Source: a virus (taxonomy: Duplodnaviria > Caudoviricetes). Taken from it: DNA of 32,383 nt. Shown piece after piece: positions 8,380 through 18,692 of the stretch. The stretch covers positions 1 to 32,383 of the IMG/VR virus record IMGVR_UViG_3300036985_001355; one strand, written 5' to 3'. The stretch's first letter is position 1, and every line of letters starts with the position of its first letter. The notes below the pieces were generated by a model that made no database searches, had not been told where the DNA came from, and saw nothing but the letters and a program-made list of their open reading frames with translations. The position numbers and the translations under genes were made by a program.

Positions 8380-9069
8380 ATGGCTGGTGGCGGACCTTCT
8401 TACGGATTCTGGGGTGGCGACGGTGCCGGGTCGCTGGGGCAGAACTCTGCCTTCAACATGGGCAGTGACAGCGGCGGGGGCGGTGGCGGCGGTGGCGCTG
8501 GGCTGATGGCCGGTGGACCTGTCGGGATGATCCTTGCCATCGTAGGTGCCGCATCTACCGCGATCGGCTCCTTCTACGAAGCCAAGAGCGCCCAATACAA
8601 GCTCAAGAGCGAAGCCCTGTCGCTGGAGTATCAGCAGTCTGTCAGCAACATGAACGCCCGCGCTGCCGAGGTGCAGGCGCAGCAGATCCTGGAAGCCGGT
8701 CAAAAGCAGATCGGGCAATACACCATGCGCGCTGGTGCCGAGAAGGCATCGCAGGAAGCGAGCCTTGCCGCACGCGGTATCCAAGCCGGTGTTGGCTCTG
8801 CCGCCGAGCATGTTGCCAGCAGCGACATCATCAAGGAGATCGACACGATGACGATCAACGTCAACGCCGTAAGGGCCGCAAACGCCGCCAGGATGCAGGC
8901 TGTCAACTACCGCAACCAAGCAGCTTTCGCAGGCATGAACGCCCGTAACGCGCGATCCTCAGCCCGCACGATCAATCCTGGTGCGTCGGTGATGACTTCC
9001 TTGCTCGGCAGCGCCAGCCAAGTCGCTGGGCAGTGGGCTCCCTACATGGCTAGCCGAGGAGGCTACTGA
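8380..9069 (+). CDS. Internal virion/ejection protein (T7 gp14-like)
   Basis: Gly-rich hydrophobic N-terminus, Ala/Gln-rich helices and Q.ASLAA.GI....GSA motif. Lies after the nozzle gene. Confidence 0.7.
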   Translation: MAGGGPSYGFWGGDGAGSLGQNSAFNMGSDSGGGGGGGGAGLMAGGPVGMILAIVGAASTAIGSFYEAKSAQYKLKSEALSLEYQQSVSNMNARAAEVQAQQILEAGQKQIGQYTMRAGAEKASQEASLAARGIQAGVGSAAEHVASSDIIKEIDTMTINVNAVRAANAARMQAVNYRNQAAFAGMNARNARSSARTINPGASVMTSLLGSASQVAGQWAPYMASRGGY

Positions 9070-11018
9070 TGCCCCGTGTCCCAGGGCTCGGAGGTCATCG
9101 ACCATTCGTCCCGAGCGTAGATCCGCAAGTCGGCGGCATGGTGCCGTTGCAGGCGCAGCAGACGCTCCCGATGCAGAACTTCGCACCGCAGCAGATGCAG
9201 GAAGCCGGTCGCGCTGTCCAGCAGTTGGGCGGCGTGGTCTCCGACTACGCGATGCGGGTGCAGAACGAGGTTGACTCGGCCAACATCAAGCGGCACGACA
9301 ACATCCTCGCCGACGAGATCGAGCGCATCATGCGCGACCCTAAGTCGGGGTATCTGAACCAAGTCGGCAAGGTTGCCGTGGACAACCGGCAGGTTGCGTT
9401 CGACGCCTTGGCGAAGAAGCAGAAGGACATCGAGAAAGGCTTGCAGAACCCACTGCAACGGCAGATTTGGGGCGAGAACGCGCAGAAGCGCATCCGCCAA
9501 GCGACGAGCGATGCGAACGAGCACTACACCAAGCAGGCGAAGGTGTGGGAGATCGGGGAGTCGCAGGTTCGTGCTGGCAACTTCGTGCGGGACATGCAGC
9601 GGACTGCCCTGAGAACCGATTCTGAAGGCATCAAGGAATATGACGATGCCAAAAGGTGGCTGAAGGGTGAAGCCGACCGCATCTCTGAGTTGAGCGGGCA
9701 CCCGATCGGCAGCGCGCAATACAACGAGACCCGTCTGCAAGCGACCACGAACGCCCATTCGTCCATCATCCGTGGCATGGCGGATCAGAACCCGCAGAAG
9801 GCGCAGGAGCATCTGGACGCCGCGTCTGCTGCTGGTGAGATCGCCCCCGAGGTCGCCGCCGACCTGAAGAAGTTGGTTCAAGGCGCGACCGAGGATGACA
9901 TGGCGCAGCAGCTAGCCATGATGCCGCAGATGGCGAAGGCTTCTCTCCAAGAGAAGGTCGAATACATCAACTCGCTCTACTCTGGAAAGCACATCTCTGT
10001 TGGCGTTCGCGACAAGGCGATTCACCGAGTCATCGACGCCAAGCAGATCGAAAACATCGGTCGCGCTGAAGACGAGTCCGCCATGCAGGGCGAGTGGCAG
10101 CAGTGGATGATGAATCACCCACTACAGCACCCAAGGACCGGTCCCGCGCATCTGACCAAGTGGGCGAACGAGACTGGTGGTTGGGACTGGATCATCAACT
10201 TCTCCAAGACCAAGTCTGTGGTCACGGATCAAGAAGTGTTCTCGTCCTTGATGCGGGATTACCAGCGCAATCCAACACAGTTCGCTGCTGGTAGCGACCC
10301 AGTGCTATTGGCAAAACTCCGTACGAGGCTTGAGCCAGATGACCTTAACTACATTATGGCGCTGCGCAGCCAAGTGCGCGGCAATGCGTCACAGAAGGAC
10401 ATCGGCATCTTGACCGAGGCTGAGGTCGTGAACAACGCTGCCAAGGATCTTGGCTACATGGACTACAGCGGCAACATCAAGAGCCAAAGCAGCTTCAACG
10501 ACTACCGCAACCTAAGAATGCAGACGCACGCTGCTGTGGTGGCGAGCGGCGATGGAAGCCTTGCCAGCGTATCGAAGATCGTAAAGACGATCGTCGCAGA
10601 CAAGGTGCATATCTCCGACTACGGCTTCGACTCCGAGATGAGGCTTATCGACGTTCCGGCAGGAACGGACCCGACCACGATCTACGTCCCGACCGAGGTC
10701 GGCGAGATGTATCTGAACCAGATCCCGCCAGAGGAAGTCGCGATGGCTGATGACTTCCTGCAAGGGCGAGGTGAGATCGTCACATCGGCGGCAATCGCCA
10801 ACACCTACGCTGGGCGAGTGAAGATGAACGAGGAGCACATTCGCAAGCACGGCGTCCCGATGCCTGGGTTCTTCCCGATTCTCCCCAAGGACAGCGGGCG
10901 AAGGTTCCCGCTTGGTCCGCCGTCAACCGAGGATCAGATCAACCAGTCGATTCAAGACTCCATCCGAGATGCCATCGCTGATGAGGAGTCGTTCGGCTGG
11001 TACGGGGGCAAGCGATGA
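9069..11018 (+). CDS. Internal virion/ejection protein (gp15-like by position)
   Basis: 649 aa helical protein starting MPRVP with a GYLN.VGK.A motif. Coupled by overlaps between the gp14-like and gp16-like genes. Confidence 0.6.
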   Translation: MPRVPGLGGHRPFVPSVDPQVGGMVPLQAQQTLPMQNFAPQQMQEAGRAVQQLGGVVSDYAMRVQNEVDSANIKRHDNILADEIERIMRDPKSGYLNQVGKVAVDNRQVAFDALAKKQKDIEKGLQNPLQRQIWGENAQKRIRQATSDANEHYTKQAKVWEIGESQVRAGNFVRDMQRTALRTDSEGIKEYDDAKRWLKGEADRISELSGHPIGSAQYNETRLQATTNAHSSIIRGMADQNPQKAQEHLDAASAAGEIAPEVAADLKKLVQGATEDDMAQQLAMMPQMAKASLQEKVEYINSLYSGKHISVGVRDKAIHRVIDAKQIENIGRAEDESAMQGEWQQWMMNHPLQHPRTGPAHLTKWANETGGWDWIINFSKTKSVVTDQEVFSSLMRDYQRNPTQFAAGSDPVLLAKLRTRLEPDDLNYIMALRSQVRGNASQKDIGILTEAEVVNNAAKDLGYMDYSGNIKSQSSFNDYRNLRMQTHAAVVASGDGSLASVSKIVKTIVADKVHISDYGFDSEMRLIDVPAGTDPTTIYVPTEVGEMYLNQIPPEEVAMADDFLQGRGEIVTSAAIANTYAGRVKMNEEHIRKHGVPMPGFFPILPKDSGRRFPLGPPSTEDQINQSIQDSIRDAIADEESFGWYGGKR

Positions 11019-14000
11019 CCGGTCTGGACATCGGCCAAGCAGACGATTCGCTGTTCTTGGTTCCGCAGAACCCGGTTGATCCGCTGGCGGGTCCGAGGAC
11101 GCTCCCGCCAGACTACGATCGGCAGGCTTACAGCGATCAGATGGGCGCTTACCAGGACGGCAAGCGCGAGCAGCAGATGCTCAACACCTTCCGCCTAGCG
11201 GTGAAGAAGGACGCGAACCTCCGCGCGGAAGCCGTGCGTATCGCAGGCGAGATCGGGCAGACGCCAGACTTGGTTGAGAAGAACATCGCGGTCATGCGCG
11301 AATGGGCCAAGCGGCGAAAGGTCGCTGAGATGAACATGACCAGGAGCAACCCGGTGCTCGCTGGCAAGCTCATGGACTTGGAGTTTGCGCGCATCACGCA
11401 TGATGACGTTGCGAACCTGAGCTTTGTTGAAAGCGTCACGCGGAACTTCCAAGCTGGTGCAGTCTCGCAGAAGGCTGGATCGTTGGAATGGAAGAAGGCG
11501 CAAGGCACGGCGACGGCTGGCGATCTTGCCGAACTTGAGTCGCTTCGCACCGCGCAAGAAGACTTGCCGATGACTTCTGGCGGCTTCTTCGGCGGTGCTG
11601 CTCGCTCGCTTGGGCAGATGGGTGCCATCGCCCCAGCAGCTTTCGATCGAGCACTCCAGATCGGCATGGCGTCCGCGACCATGACGAGCATCGCGACTTC
11701 GGCAGGCATTGCCACGTTGCCAGCCGCATTCGCCACCGTCCCCGCATCGTTCTTCACCGGCATGTTCATCGGTGGTTCTGCCGAAATGTTCATGCAGTGG
11801 CAGCACTCCATGTCGGGCGATGCCTTTCGCCAGATGGTGGACGAAGGATACGACGAGGACGCCGCCTACTACGCGAGCTTCGGCGTTGGTGTGATCGGTG
11901 CGTCTCTTGAAAGTGCGTCGATGGGCACCGCCACGTCCTTCCTCGTGAAGCCGCTGGCGAAGCGACTCATCAGCGACACGCTGAGGAAGCGACTGACCAA
12001 GGAAGGTGTCTCGGAAGCCTTCACCCAACTGACCACCCGCAGCGCGCTCAAGACCGGCTTGACGCGATACGCGCAGACGCTCGGCGCAGAAGGCTTGACC
12101 GAAGCCAGCCAGACCGTGGTCGAACACCTTGGCCGCAAGTTCGCGAAGCAGTATTCGCCCGAGGTCTTGCTGCGCGAGTTCGCCGACCCGTCGAAGGCGG
12201 ATGACCTGTCGGACTCGCTTGCCAGCATGTTTGAGGAGACGCTTTACCAAGCCGGTCTCCTGAGTGCTGTTGCTCCCGGTCTCGCGCTCCGCGTGGACTT
12301 GGCGAAGGCAAAGCGTGCCGATGCTGCGTTCCAGACGCTGGGCAATCTGGTGAAGGCGGTAGACGCCACCGCCACGAAGAAGCGCAACCCCGAAGTCGCA
12401 GCGGACACCGTGCAGGACATGGCGGACGCTAGCGGTGCGGGCACGTTCTACGTCGCACCGGACAAGCTGGGCGAGGTGCTGAACGCGATGGGCGAGACGC
12501 CAGAGTCCGCCGACAAGGTGCTCCCTGGGCTGGCTGCAAGGCTGACTGCGGCGCTCCAGAGCGGGGGGCTAGTCGAGATCCCTGCTGGAGACTTCGTGGC
12601 AAGGACGGCCCGCACAGGCTTCCAGGAAGCCATCCTGCCGCACATCAAGACCGCCGTGGACGCGATGTCGCAGTTTGAGGCGAAGGAAGTCATCAGTCAG
12701 TTCCAGCAGAACATCGCCGCTCACGGCGAGATGGCGATGCAGGACAAGGACTTTGCCGAATCCGCAGCCCGCGTTGGCAAGTCGATCTACGAGCAAGTGA
12801 AGGGCAGCGGCGTGTTCGACGCCGATGACAAGGTGCGCGGTGCAACCCTTGCCGCCAAGACTTGGTTCCAGAACTTCGCCGCTCGCGTGAACCAGAGTCC
12901 CGAGGAAGCGCAGGCGCTGTTCGGTAAGACGCGCATCACGCCCGAGGATGTCTACGCCAAGTTCCCGCTCAAGATTGGGGTGGGGGAGATGCAGGTTACG
13001 GGCGAGCAGTTGAATGCGCAGGGTGCGCCGCAGACTCCAGAGTTCCAGTCGTGGTTCGGGGAGTCTAAGGTTGTCGATGGTGACGGCAAGCCGTTGGTTG
13101 TCTACCACGGTACGCATAGCGATTTCACGCAGTTCGATCGGCTCCAGAAATCAAAGGAGCGCAATGCACGCCAGATCGACACTGTAGGACTTTGGTTTAC
13201 GAGTAAGCAGTCATCAGCCGGGGCCTATGGTCCGAAGGTTATGTCTGGCTACATCTCGATGCGTAATCCTCTCCGCTTCACAGGTGACGGTGGACAGGGC
13301 GGGTGGCGGCGCATGTATTCCGCCATCCAAGCAGAAGGAGGAGTTGAGGAGTTTAGAAAGAAAGCGATAGATGAAGGCTACGACGGCATCGTTATCGAAG
13401 GTGACAAAGTAGACAAGTTCGATGGCGACATTTACATCGCCTTTGAATCCAACCAGATCAAGTCCGTCAACAACCAGCGTCCCACCAACGACCCCAACAT
13501 CCTCAAAGCAGGCTCCACCGCCCAATACTCAGTCGGCGAACACAAGATCACGCTGACGAAGTCGGCGAAGTTGCCAGAGTTCATGCACGAACTCTCGCAC
13601 TTCTGGACCGATGTCACGTTGGCGCTGGCTCAAGATCCAAACGCCCCCGCCTTCGCAAAGCAGGACGCGCAGACGTTGCTGGACTTCTTCGGCTTGAAGT
13701 CGATGGACGAATGGAACGCGCTGTCGAAGCCAGAGCGCGTCAAGCGGTATGAGCAGATCGCCTACAACGCCCCGATCTACTGGGCGGAAGGCAAGGCACC
13801 GACCAAGGGATTGGCGAAGCTGTTCAACAACATGCGCCGCTGGATCTTGGATGTCTACAAAGACATCCGTGGCAGCATGAACGAGCAGTATCGCAAGGAG
13901 CTTGCGCAGCAAGGACTGCCGCTGGAGGACTTGCCGATCCTGACGCCAGAGATTCGCCGCTGGTTCGACAACATGCTTGCCAGCGAGCGGATGATTGAGG

Positions 14001-17000
14001 AGGCGTATGCCGCTCGGAAGCTCCAGCCGATGTTTGAGGCGAAGCACGATGGCATGTCGGACGCGCAGTGGAGCGATTTGCAAGAAGTCTCGCAGGCGCA
14101 GTTTGACAAGGCGATGAACACGCTCGACCAGCACTCGCTCGCCACGGTCGGCTACTACAAGCGCAAGGCTGACGAGATCCGCAACAAGATCGACCGGCAG
14201 AAGCAGGAAGTGCGCAAGGCTCTGCGCGAGGAAGTGGCGAAGGAGATCCGTGGTCGCGCGATCTACCAAGTCATCAACTACCTGCTGACCGGCAAGATCC
14301 TCTACACGGACGGGACGCAGAAGGAGTCAAAGCGAGTCCGCGTCATCGCCAACCAGAAGGGCGAAGGCAAGATCGTCACTGGCGTTCACAAGTTGCAGAT
14401 CGACGCCATCGAGTCGATGGTCGGCTTCGGTCAGAACGTCGGCGAACTTGAGCAGCAGCAGATCCCAAAGTCTGTCGAGAGTGCCATCAAGGCGCGCGAC
14501 AAGGCTGTTGAAGACCTTGTGTCTGCGAAGAAGAACCTCGATGAGATCGAGAAGTCGCAGACTGATGAGGATGCGCAGTTCAAGAAGGACATCGCTGCCA
14601 TCAACGAGAAGGAGAAGGCTGCGACCAAGCAAGTGCCGAAGGGGCTCAAGAAGCCCGAGCGCGACAAGGCTCTTGCCGACAACAGGAAGGTTGTCGCCGA
14701 AGCGAAGAAGGAGCGAGAAACCGTCAAGTCGTTCTACTCGACGATGACGGAAGCTAGCGCGAAGAAGAAGGAGCAACTGGAGGCTCGCGTCCCGGTTCTC
14801 CAGCAACGCATCAAGAGCCTGTCCGCCCGCATCGACTTGGGTATGCCCAAGGTCGCGACTCAGGTTCTCGACAAGTTGGAAGGCATGGTCGCTACGGTCG
14901 GTCTCGACCCGCGCGAAGTGGCAGAGTCCTTCGGCTTCAAGGACGCAGCGACCATGATCCGCCAGATCATCGCGTCCCCGTCTATCGAGGAGAAGATCGA
15001 GGAAGTCACCGACCGCCGCATCGAAGCCGAGTTCAGCGAACTGTCTGATCCGCAGAAGGTGGAGGAGACGATCGCGTCTGCGATCCACAACGACCTTCGC
15101 GCTGACATGATCGCGATGGAGTTCCGGGCACTCAGCAAGATGATGATGCCGCTGGGGGTGCTGCGCGATGCTGCGCGTATCGCTGCCATCACGATCCTCA
15201 ACGGCATGAACGTCGGCGACATCGACGTTCGCAAGTTCGACGCCGCTGCTGTTCGCGCTCGCCGCATGGCAGAGAAGGCGATGGGCAAGCCCAACGGCAC
15301 GTTTGAGGCTCTGCAATACAAGCGGCAGGAGTTGCTGCAAACCGAGCTTGCGCGCCTTGCTACGCAGGAGAAGAAGGAGATCGAGAAGCGGATCGCGTCC
15401 ATCAAGAAGATGGGCAAGGTCGGCGACAAGGATCTGGGCAAGGGTCGGCACTACGAGACCGCACTTGCCGCACGCGCACTCGCTGGTCTCTACGAGATCG
15501 CTGGGTCTGCCAAGTTCGTCGATGCCAAGGCCAAGATCGAGAACATCAAGACCTACGACGAGGAAATGCACCGCGAGCTAGCGGAGATCCTCGCTGTTGC
15601 CGCGAACGTCGTGGAAGAAGCCCGCGCACGGCGCAACGTCATCGGCGGCAAGCTGACTCGCTCGCAGAAGCAAGTCTACAAGTCGATCACGCTGGACGAG
15701 TTCAAGAACGCCACGGACGCTATCGAAGCCATCTGGCAAGAAGCGTCGGACATGAAGAAGGTGGAGATCGACGGCAAGCAGATGCTGGTCGATGAAGCCG
15801 CACCGCTGCTGGAGCAGAAGCTGGTAGACCGTGGTGCGCCAGAAGTCGCCGACAACGTGAATGCGCGGCGCACTGAGGCTCGCAAGAGGATGGGCATGTT
15901 CATGGGCCACCGCGCTCATGTAACGCGACTGGAGAACCTGTTCCTCTACTTGGACGGTGGCACTCCAGGTCCGTGGACGAAGATGGTGTGGCGACCGCTG
16001 AACGATGCGTCTGTCGCTTACCGAAAGCAGTGGGCCGAGTTCAACGCCGAGTTCAACGCGATCTTCAAGGCGATTCGCGACACCGGCCAGAAGGACATCG
16101 ACGCGCCACGGCTGAAATACAAGTTCACCGACAAGTGGGAACTGCTGCACGCGATCCTCTACAGCGGCAGCGTCACCGGCAAGGACAAGCTCCTTCGCGC
16201 AGGCACGAGCGACCGCACGCCATGGGGCGCTGTCCGCGATGACGGCACGCTCGATGACAGTGCGTGGCAGGAGACGATCAACGAACTCGTGCTCAACGGC
16301 ACGCTCACGGCAGCGGACTTCAAGGCTGTCGAGAAGTTGTTCGCGCTGTTCGCCAAGTTGCAGAAGCCCTACTTCCAAGCGTGGCGCAAGGTGTTCGGGC
16401 ATCCACCAGAAGCGATCGAGCACTTGGACATCGTGACCCCGATCGGCACGTTCAAGGGCGGCTACATCCCGCTGCGTGCAGACCCAGAGCGCAACGTGGA
16501 CGCAAAGTTCCGCGACCTGAACCAAGAGACCCTGAAGACCCACCGTGTTGCGCTGGCTCGCGTGAAGTCGGGTGCAGGCAAGAAGCGCACGGGTGCTGTC
16601 TACCCGCTGCTGATGGACTTGCGGAAGATCCCGTCAGTGCTGGGCGAGCAGATCCGGTTCATCAACATCCAGCCGAAGCTGGGCGAGGTGATGAAACTGC
16701 TGAAGCACCAGAAGGTGATGGGGGCGCTGGAGCGTTACGACGAGACGCTGTTCACGGACGCCATTGACAAGTGGCTGCAACGCATCGCGTTCCAATCCAC
16801 CAGCACGCCTAGCTCGCACCCCGGCATCGACAAGTGGGCGCGGCACATCAAGCAGTCGGTTGGCTTGACTCGCATGGTCGGCAACTACGGAAACATCATC
16901 GGACAGTCCACGGGGCTTGCCGTTGCTGTTCCCGAAGTCGGTGCCGACCGCATGGCGAAGGCTCTGCACCATGTGATGACCAACTTCGGTGATGTGTTCG

Positions 17001-17965
17001 GCAAGATCGCGGAAGCCGACGAAGGTATGCGCCAGCGGTTTGAGAACCAGATGTTCGACATCTCGGCTGACACCCGCGCCGTGTTTGAGGACCCGAACTG
17101 GATGACCAAGTTGCAGGACTTGGCGGCGACCAAGGGTTACAAGCCGCAAGCGTTCGTGCAGAACATCATCGACGCCACGGTGTGGATGGCTGCATACGAC
17201 AAGGCGATGTCCGATCCATCGGTCGCGGCCATGTCCGAGGAGGATGCGGATGCGGAAGCGGTGGCTAGGGCTGGAAGCACGGTGCGACGGACGCAAGGCG
17301 CGCTCAACCCAGAGTCGATCTCGGCTTACGAGGCTGGCACGGCTCTCCACCAGTGGTTCACGCAGTTCCAGAACTACTTCGTCATGCTCCTCAACAACGG
17401 CTACTGGAAGGGCAAGGGCGACATCGAGCAGTATGGTTGGAAGGTCGGCGGTGCCAAGGCTGCGTACATGTATCTGTGGTCGATGATGATCCCGTTCGCG
17501 GTAGGCACGGCGATCATCTCCTTCGTCAAGGGCACACTGTTCGACGATGACGATGAGGATGGCTACTCGGACATCTGGTTCGACGCCTTGGTTGCGGCAC
17601 CGTTGACGGGCACGGCTGGCACGATCCCCTACGCGGGTCCACTCATGGTCGGCGTCATCAACCGGATGAACGACAAGCCCTACGACGATCGCATCGGCTC
17701 CGCGCCCAGCATCTTCGCGTTGGAACGCGCGGCCACGTTCGTTGGCAACACGCTTACGGGCAAGACCTTCACCGACCCTTCGGGCAAGAGCATCAGCGAT
17801 GCGGCTACCCTCTTTTCGATCATCTTCAAGATCCCGCTCGACTTCGCATCCAAGCCGTTCATCTACTGGACGGGCGTTGCCACAGACCGTGTGAAACCGA
17901 CTGGTTTCGGGGATGCGCTCAGAGGGACCATCACTGGCGCAGCCTCCAAGGACTCCAAGAAGTGA
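11015..17965 (+). CDS. Large internal virion/DNA-ejection polyvalent protein (gp16-like) with an ART-like domain and an HExxH motif
   Basis: 2316 aa and last of three internal protein genes. Hydrophobic Gly/Ala segments near both ends. TPEF..WFG.SKVVD..GKPLVVYHGT...GYDG...AF..NQIKS domain at ~13034-13504. MHELSHF at ~13583-13603. FKGGY.P motif in the C-terminal half. Confidence 0.8.
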   Translation: MTGLDIGQADDSLFLVPQNPVDPLAGPRTLPPDYDRQAYSDQMGAYQDGKREQQMLNTFRLAVKKDANLRAEAVRIAGEIGQTPDLVEKNIAVMREWAKRRKVAEMNMTRSNPVLAGKLMDLEFARITHDDVANLSFVESVTRNFQAGAVSQKAGSLEWKKAQGTATAGDLAELESLRTAQEDLPMTSGGFFGGAARSLGQMGAIAPAAFDRALQIGMASATMTSIATSAGIATLPAAFATVPASFFTGMFIGGSAEMFMQWQHSMSGDAFRQMVDEGYDEDAAYYASFGVGVIGASLESASMGTATSFLVKPLAKRLISDTLRKRLTKEGVSEAFTQLTTRSALKTGLTRYAQTLGAEGLTEASQTVVEHLGRKFAKQYSPEVLLREFADPSKADDLSDSLASMFEETLYQAGLLSAVAPGLALRVDLAKAKRADAAFQTLGNLVKAVDATATKKRNPEVAADTVQDMADASGAGTFYVAPDKLGEVLNAMGETPESADKVLPGLAARLTAALQSGGLVEIPAGDFVARTARTGFQEAILPHIKTAVDAMSQFEAKEVISQFQQNIAAHGEMAMQDKDFAESAARVGKSIYEQVKGSGVFDADDKVRGATLAAKTWFQNFAARVNQSPEEAQALFGKTRITPEDVYAKFPLKIGVGEMQVTGEQLNAQGAPQTPEFQSWFGESKVVDGDGKPLVVYHGTHSDFTQFDRLQKSKERNARQIDTVGLWFTSKQSSAGAYGPKVMSGYISMRNPLRFTGDGGQGGWRRMYSAIQAEGGVEEFRKKAIDEGYDGIVIEGDKVDKFDGDIYIAFESNQIKSVNNQRPTNDPNILKAGSTAQYSVGEHKITLTKSAKLPEFMHELSHFWTDVTLALAQDPNAPAFAKQDAQTLLDFFGLKSMDEWNALSKPERVKRYEQIAYNAPIYWAEGKAPTKGLAKLFNNMRRWILDVYKDIRGSMNEQYRKELAQQGLPLEDLPILTPEIRRWFDNMLASERMIEEAYAARKLQPMFEAKHDGMSDAQWSDLQEVSQAQFDKAMNTLDQHSLATVGYYKRKADEIRNKIDRQKQEVRKALREEVAKEIRGRAIYQVINYLLTGKILYTDGTQKESKRVRVIANQKGEGKIVTGVHKLQIDAIESMVGFGQNVGELEQQQIPKSVESAIKARDKAVEDLVSAKKNLDEIEKSQTDEDAQFKKDIAAINEKEKAATKQVPKGLKKPERDKALADNRKVVAEAKKERETVKSFYSTMTEASAKKKEQLEARVPVLQQRIKSLSARIDLGMPKVATQVLDKLEGMVATVGLDPREVAESFGFKDAATMIRQIIASPSIEEKIEEVTDRRIEAEFSELSDPQKVEETIASAIHNDLRADMIAMEFRALSKMMMPLGVLRDAARIAAITILNGMNVGDIDVRKFDAAAVRARRMAEKAMGKPNGTFEALQYKRQELLQTELARLATQEKKEIEKRIASIKKMGKVGDKDLGKGRHYETALAARALAGLYEIAGSAKFVDAKAKIENIKTYDEEMHRELAEILAVAANVVEEARARRNVIGGKLTRSQKQVYKSITLDEFKNATDAIEAIWQEASDMKKVEIDGKQMLVDEAAPLLEQKLVDRGAPEVADNVNARRTEARKRMGMFMGHRAHVTRLENLFLYLDGGTPGPWTKMVWRPLNDASVAYRKQWAEFNAEFNAIFKAIRDTGQKDIDAPRLKYKFTDKWELLHAILYSGSVTGKDKLLRAGTSDRTPWGAVRDDGTLDDSAWQETINELVLNGTLTAADFKAVEKLFALFAKLQKPYFQAWRKVFGHPPEAIEHLDIVTPIGTFKGGYIPLRADPERNVDAKFRDLNQETLKTHRVALARVKSGAGKKRTGAVYPLLMDLRKIPSVLGEQIRFINIQPKLGEVMKLLKHQKVMGALERYDETLFTDAIDKWLQRIAFQSTSTPSSHPGIDKWARHIKQSVGLTRMVGNYGNIIGQSTGLAVAVPEVGADRMAKALHHVMTNFGDVFGKIAEADEGMRQRFENQMFDISADTRAVFEDPNWMTKLQDLAATKGYKPQAFVQNIIDATVWMAAYDKAMSDPSVAAMSEEDADAEAVARAGSTVRRTQGALNPESISAYEAGTALHQWFTQFQNYFVMLLNNGYWKGKGDIEQYGWKVGGAKAAYMYLWSMMIPFAVGTAIISFVKGTLFDDDDEDGYSDIWFDALVAAPLTGTAGTIPYAGPLMVGVINRMNDKPYDDRIGSAPSIFALERAATFVGNTLTGKTFTDPSGKSISDAATLFSIIFKIPLDFASKPFIYWTGVATDRVKPTGFGDALRGTITGAASKDSKK

Positions 17966-17975
17966 GGGCTACAAC

Positions 17976-18293
17976 GTGACCACTACGACATTACCGTCAA
18001 CCCCCAATCCTATGGCGAAGCCCGACCTTGCAAAGTTCGACGGATGGCTACGTGCCGCGTCCATCCTTTGCACCGCCATCCTGATCCCAGCGGTCGGTTG
18101 GGCATGGGGTATGACCGACAAGATCGCGGTCTTGGGGAACGACATCTCCAGCCTTCGCCAGCAGATCGAAGGCGAGCATCGCGGCAACAACGCCGTGATC
18201 GACGAACTCAAGCTGCTGCGTGCCAGCATGGACGCGCTGAAGTCTGACCTACAGCAACGCCTGACGCGCGTAGAAACGCGCCTGGACAAGTGA
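17976..18293 (+). CDS. Small membrane protein with one N-terminal TM helix and a coiled coil (holin- or i-spanin-like)
   Basis: GTG start with GAGGG upstream (alternative ATG at 18012). TM helix WLRAASILCTAILIPAVGWAW, then a heptad region ending RLTRVETRLDK. Located at the end of the virion module. Confidence 0.5.
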   Translation: MTTTTLPSTPNPMAKPDLAKFDGWLRAASILCTAILIPAVGWAWGMTDKIAVLGNDISSLRQQIEGEHRGNNAVIDELKLLRASMDALKSDLQQRLTRVETRLDK

Positions 18294-18628
18294 TGACCCG
18301 ATTGTCGATCCTGCTCGCGATGTCGCTTCTGGTGGCATCCTGCGGCGTTCTGAGCCCTGAGCAACGGTCGAACGTTGCCGCTCAAGTCGAATCCGAATAC
18401 GCAGCCGGGAACATCACCCGGTCCCAGCGTGATGCGGCCATCGAGGCGCTGGAGAAGGACGAGCCGTTCGACTGGGAACTGCTCGGCGTGGTCGGTCTGA
18501 ACATCGCGCTCGCCCTTGTTGGCGGGCCGATGATCGTGCGCCGCCAGCGCGGTGCGCCGACGCAGAAGGTTGGCTTGCCTGCTGCCCTCGTCCACGAGGA
18601 GCCGCCGATCAAGCGCGGCGTCAGCTAG
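18290..18628 (+). CDS. Lipoprotein with a C-terminal TM helix (spanin candidate)
   Basis: Signal peptide with lipobox LLVAS-C18. A second hydrophobic helix WELLGVVGLNIALALVGGPMIV is followed by RRQR. Confidence 0.6.
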   Translation: MMTRLSILLAMSLLVASCGVLSPEQRSNVAAQVESEYAAGNITRSQRDAAIEALEKDEPFDWELLGVVGLNIALALVGGPMIVRRQRGAPTQKVGLPAALVHEEPPIKRGVS

Positions 18629-18640
18629 CTAGAAAGCGAG

Positions 18641-18661
18641 ACGGGCGATGCCACCGCCCGT
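18641..18661. terminator. Hairpin between convergent operons (possible terminator)
   Basis: ACGGGCG-7nt-CGCCCGT perfect stem with outer GCTAGA/TCTAGC arms. Only a weak U tract on the minus strand. Confidence 0.4.
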
Positions 18662-18692
18662 AGCACCGCCCGCCTCTAGCGACCCAGCCGCC

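Noticed and set aside
8460-8500. GGC-rich run encoding poly-Gly in the gp14-like gene
   Set aside because: A low-complexity coding linker with mixed codons, not a repeat array or contingency locus.
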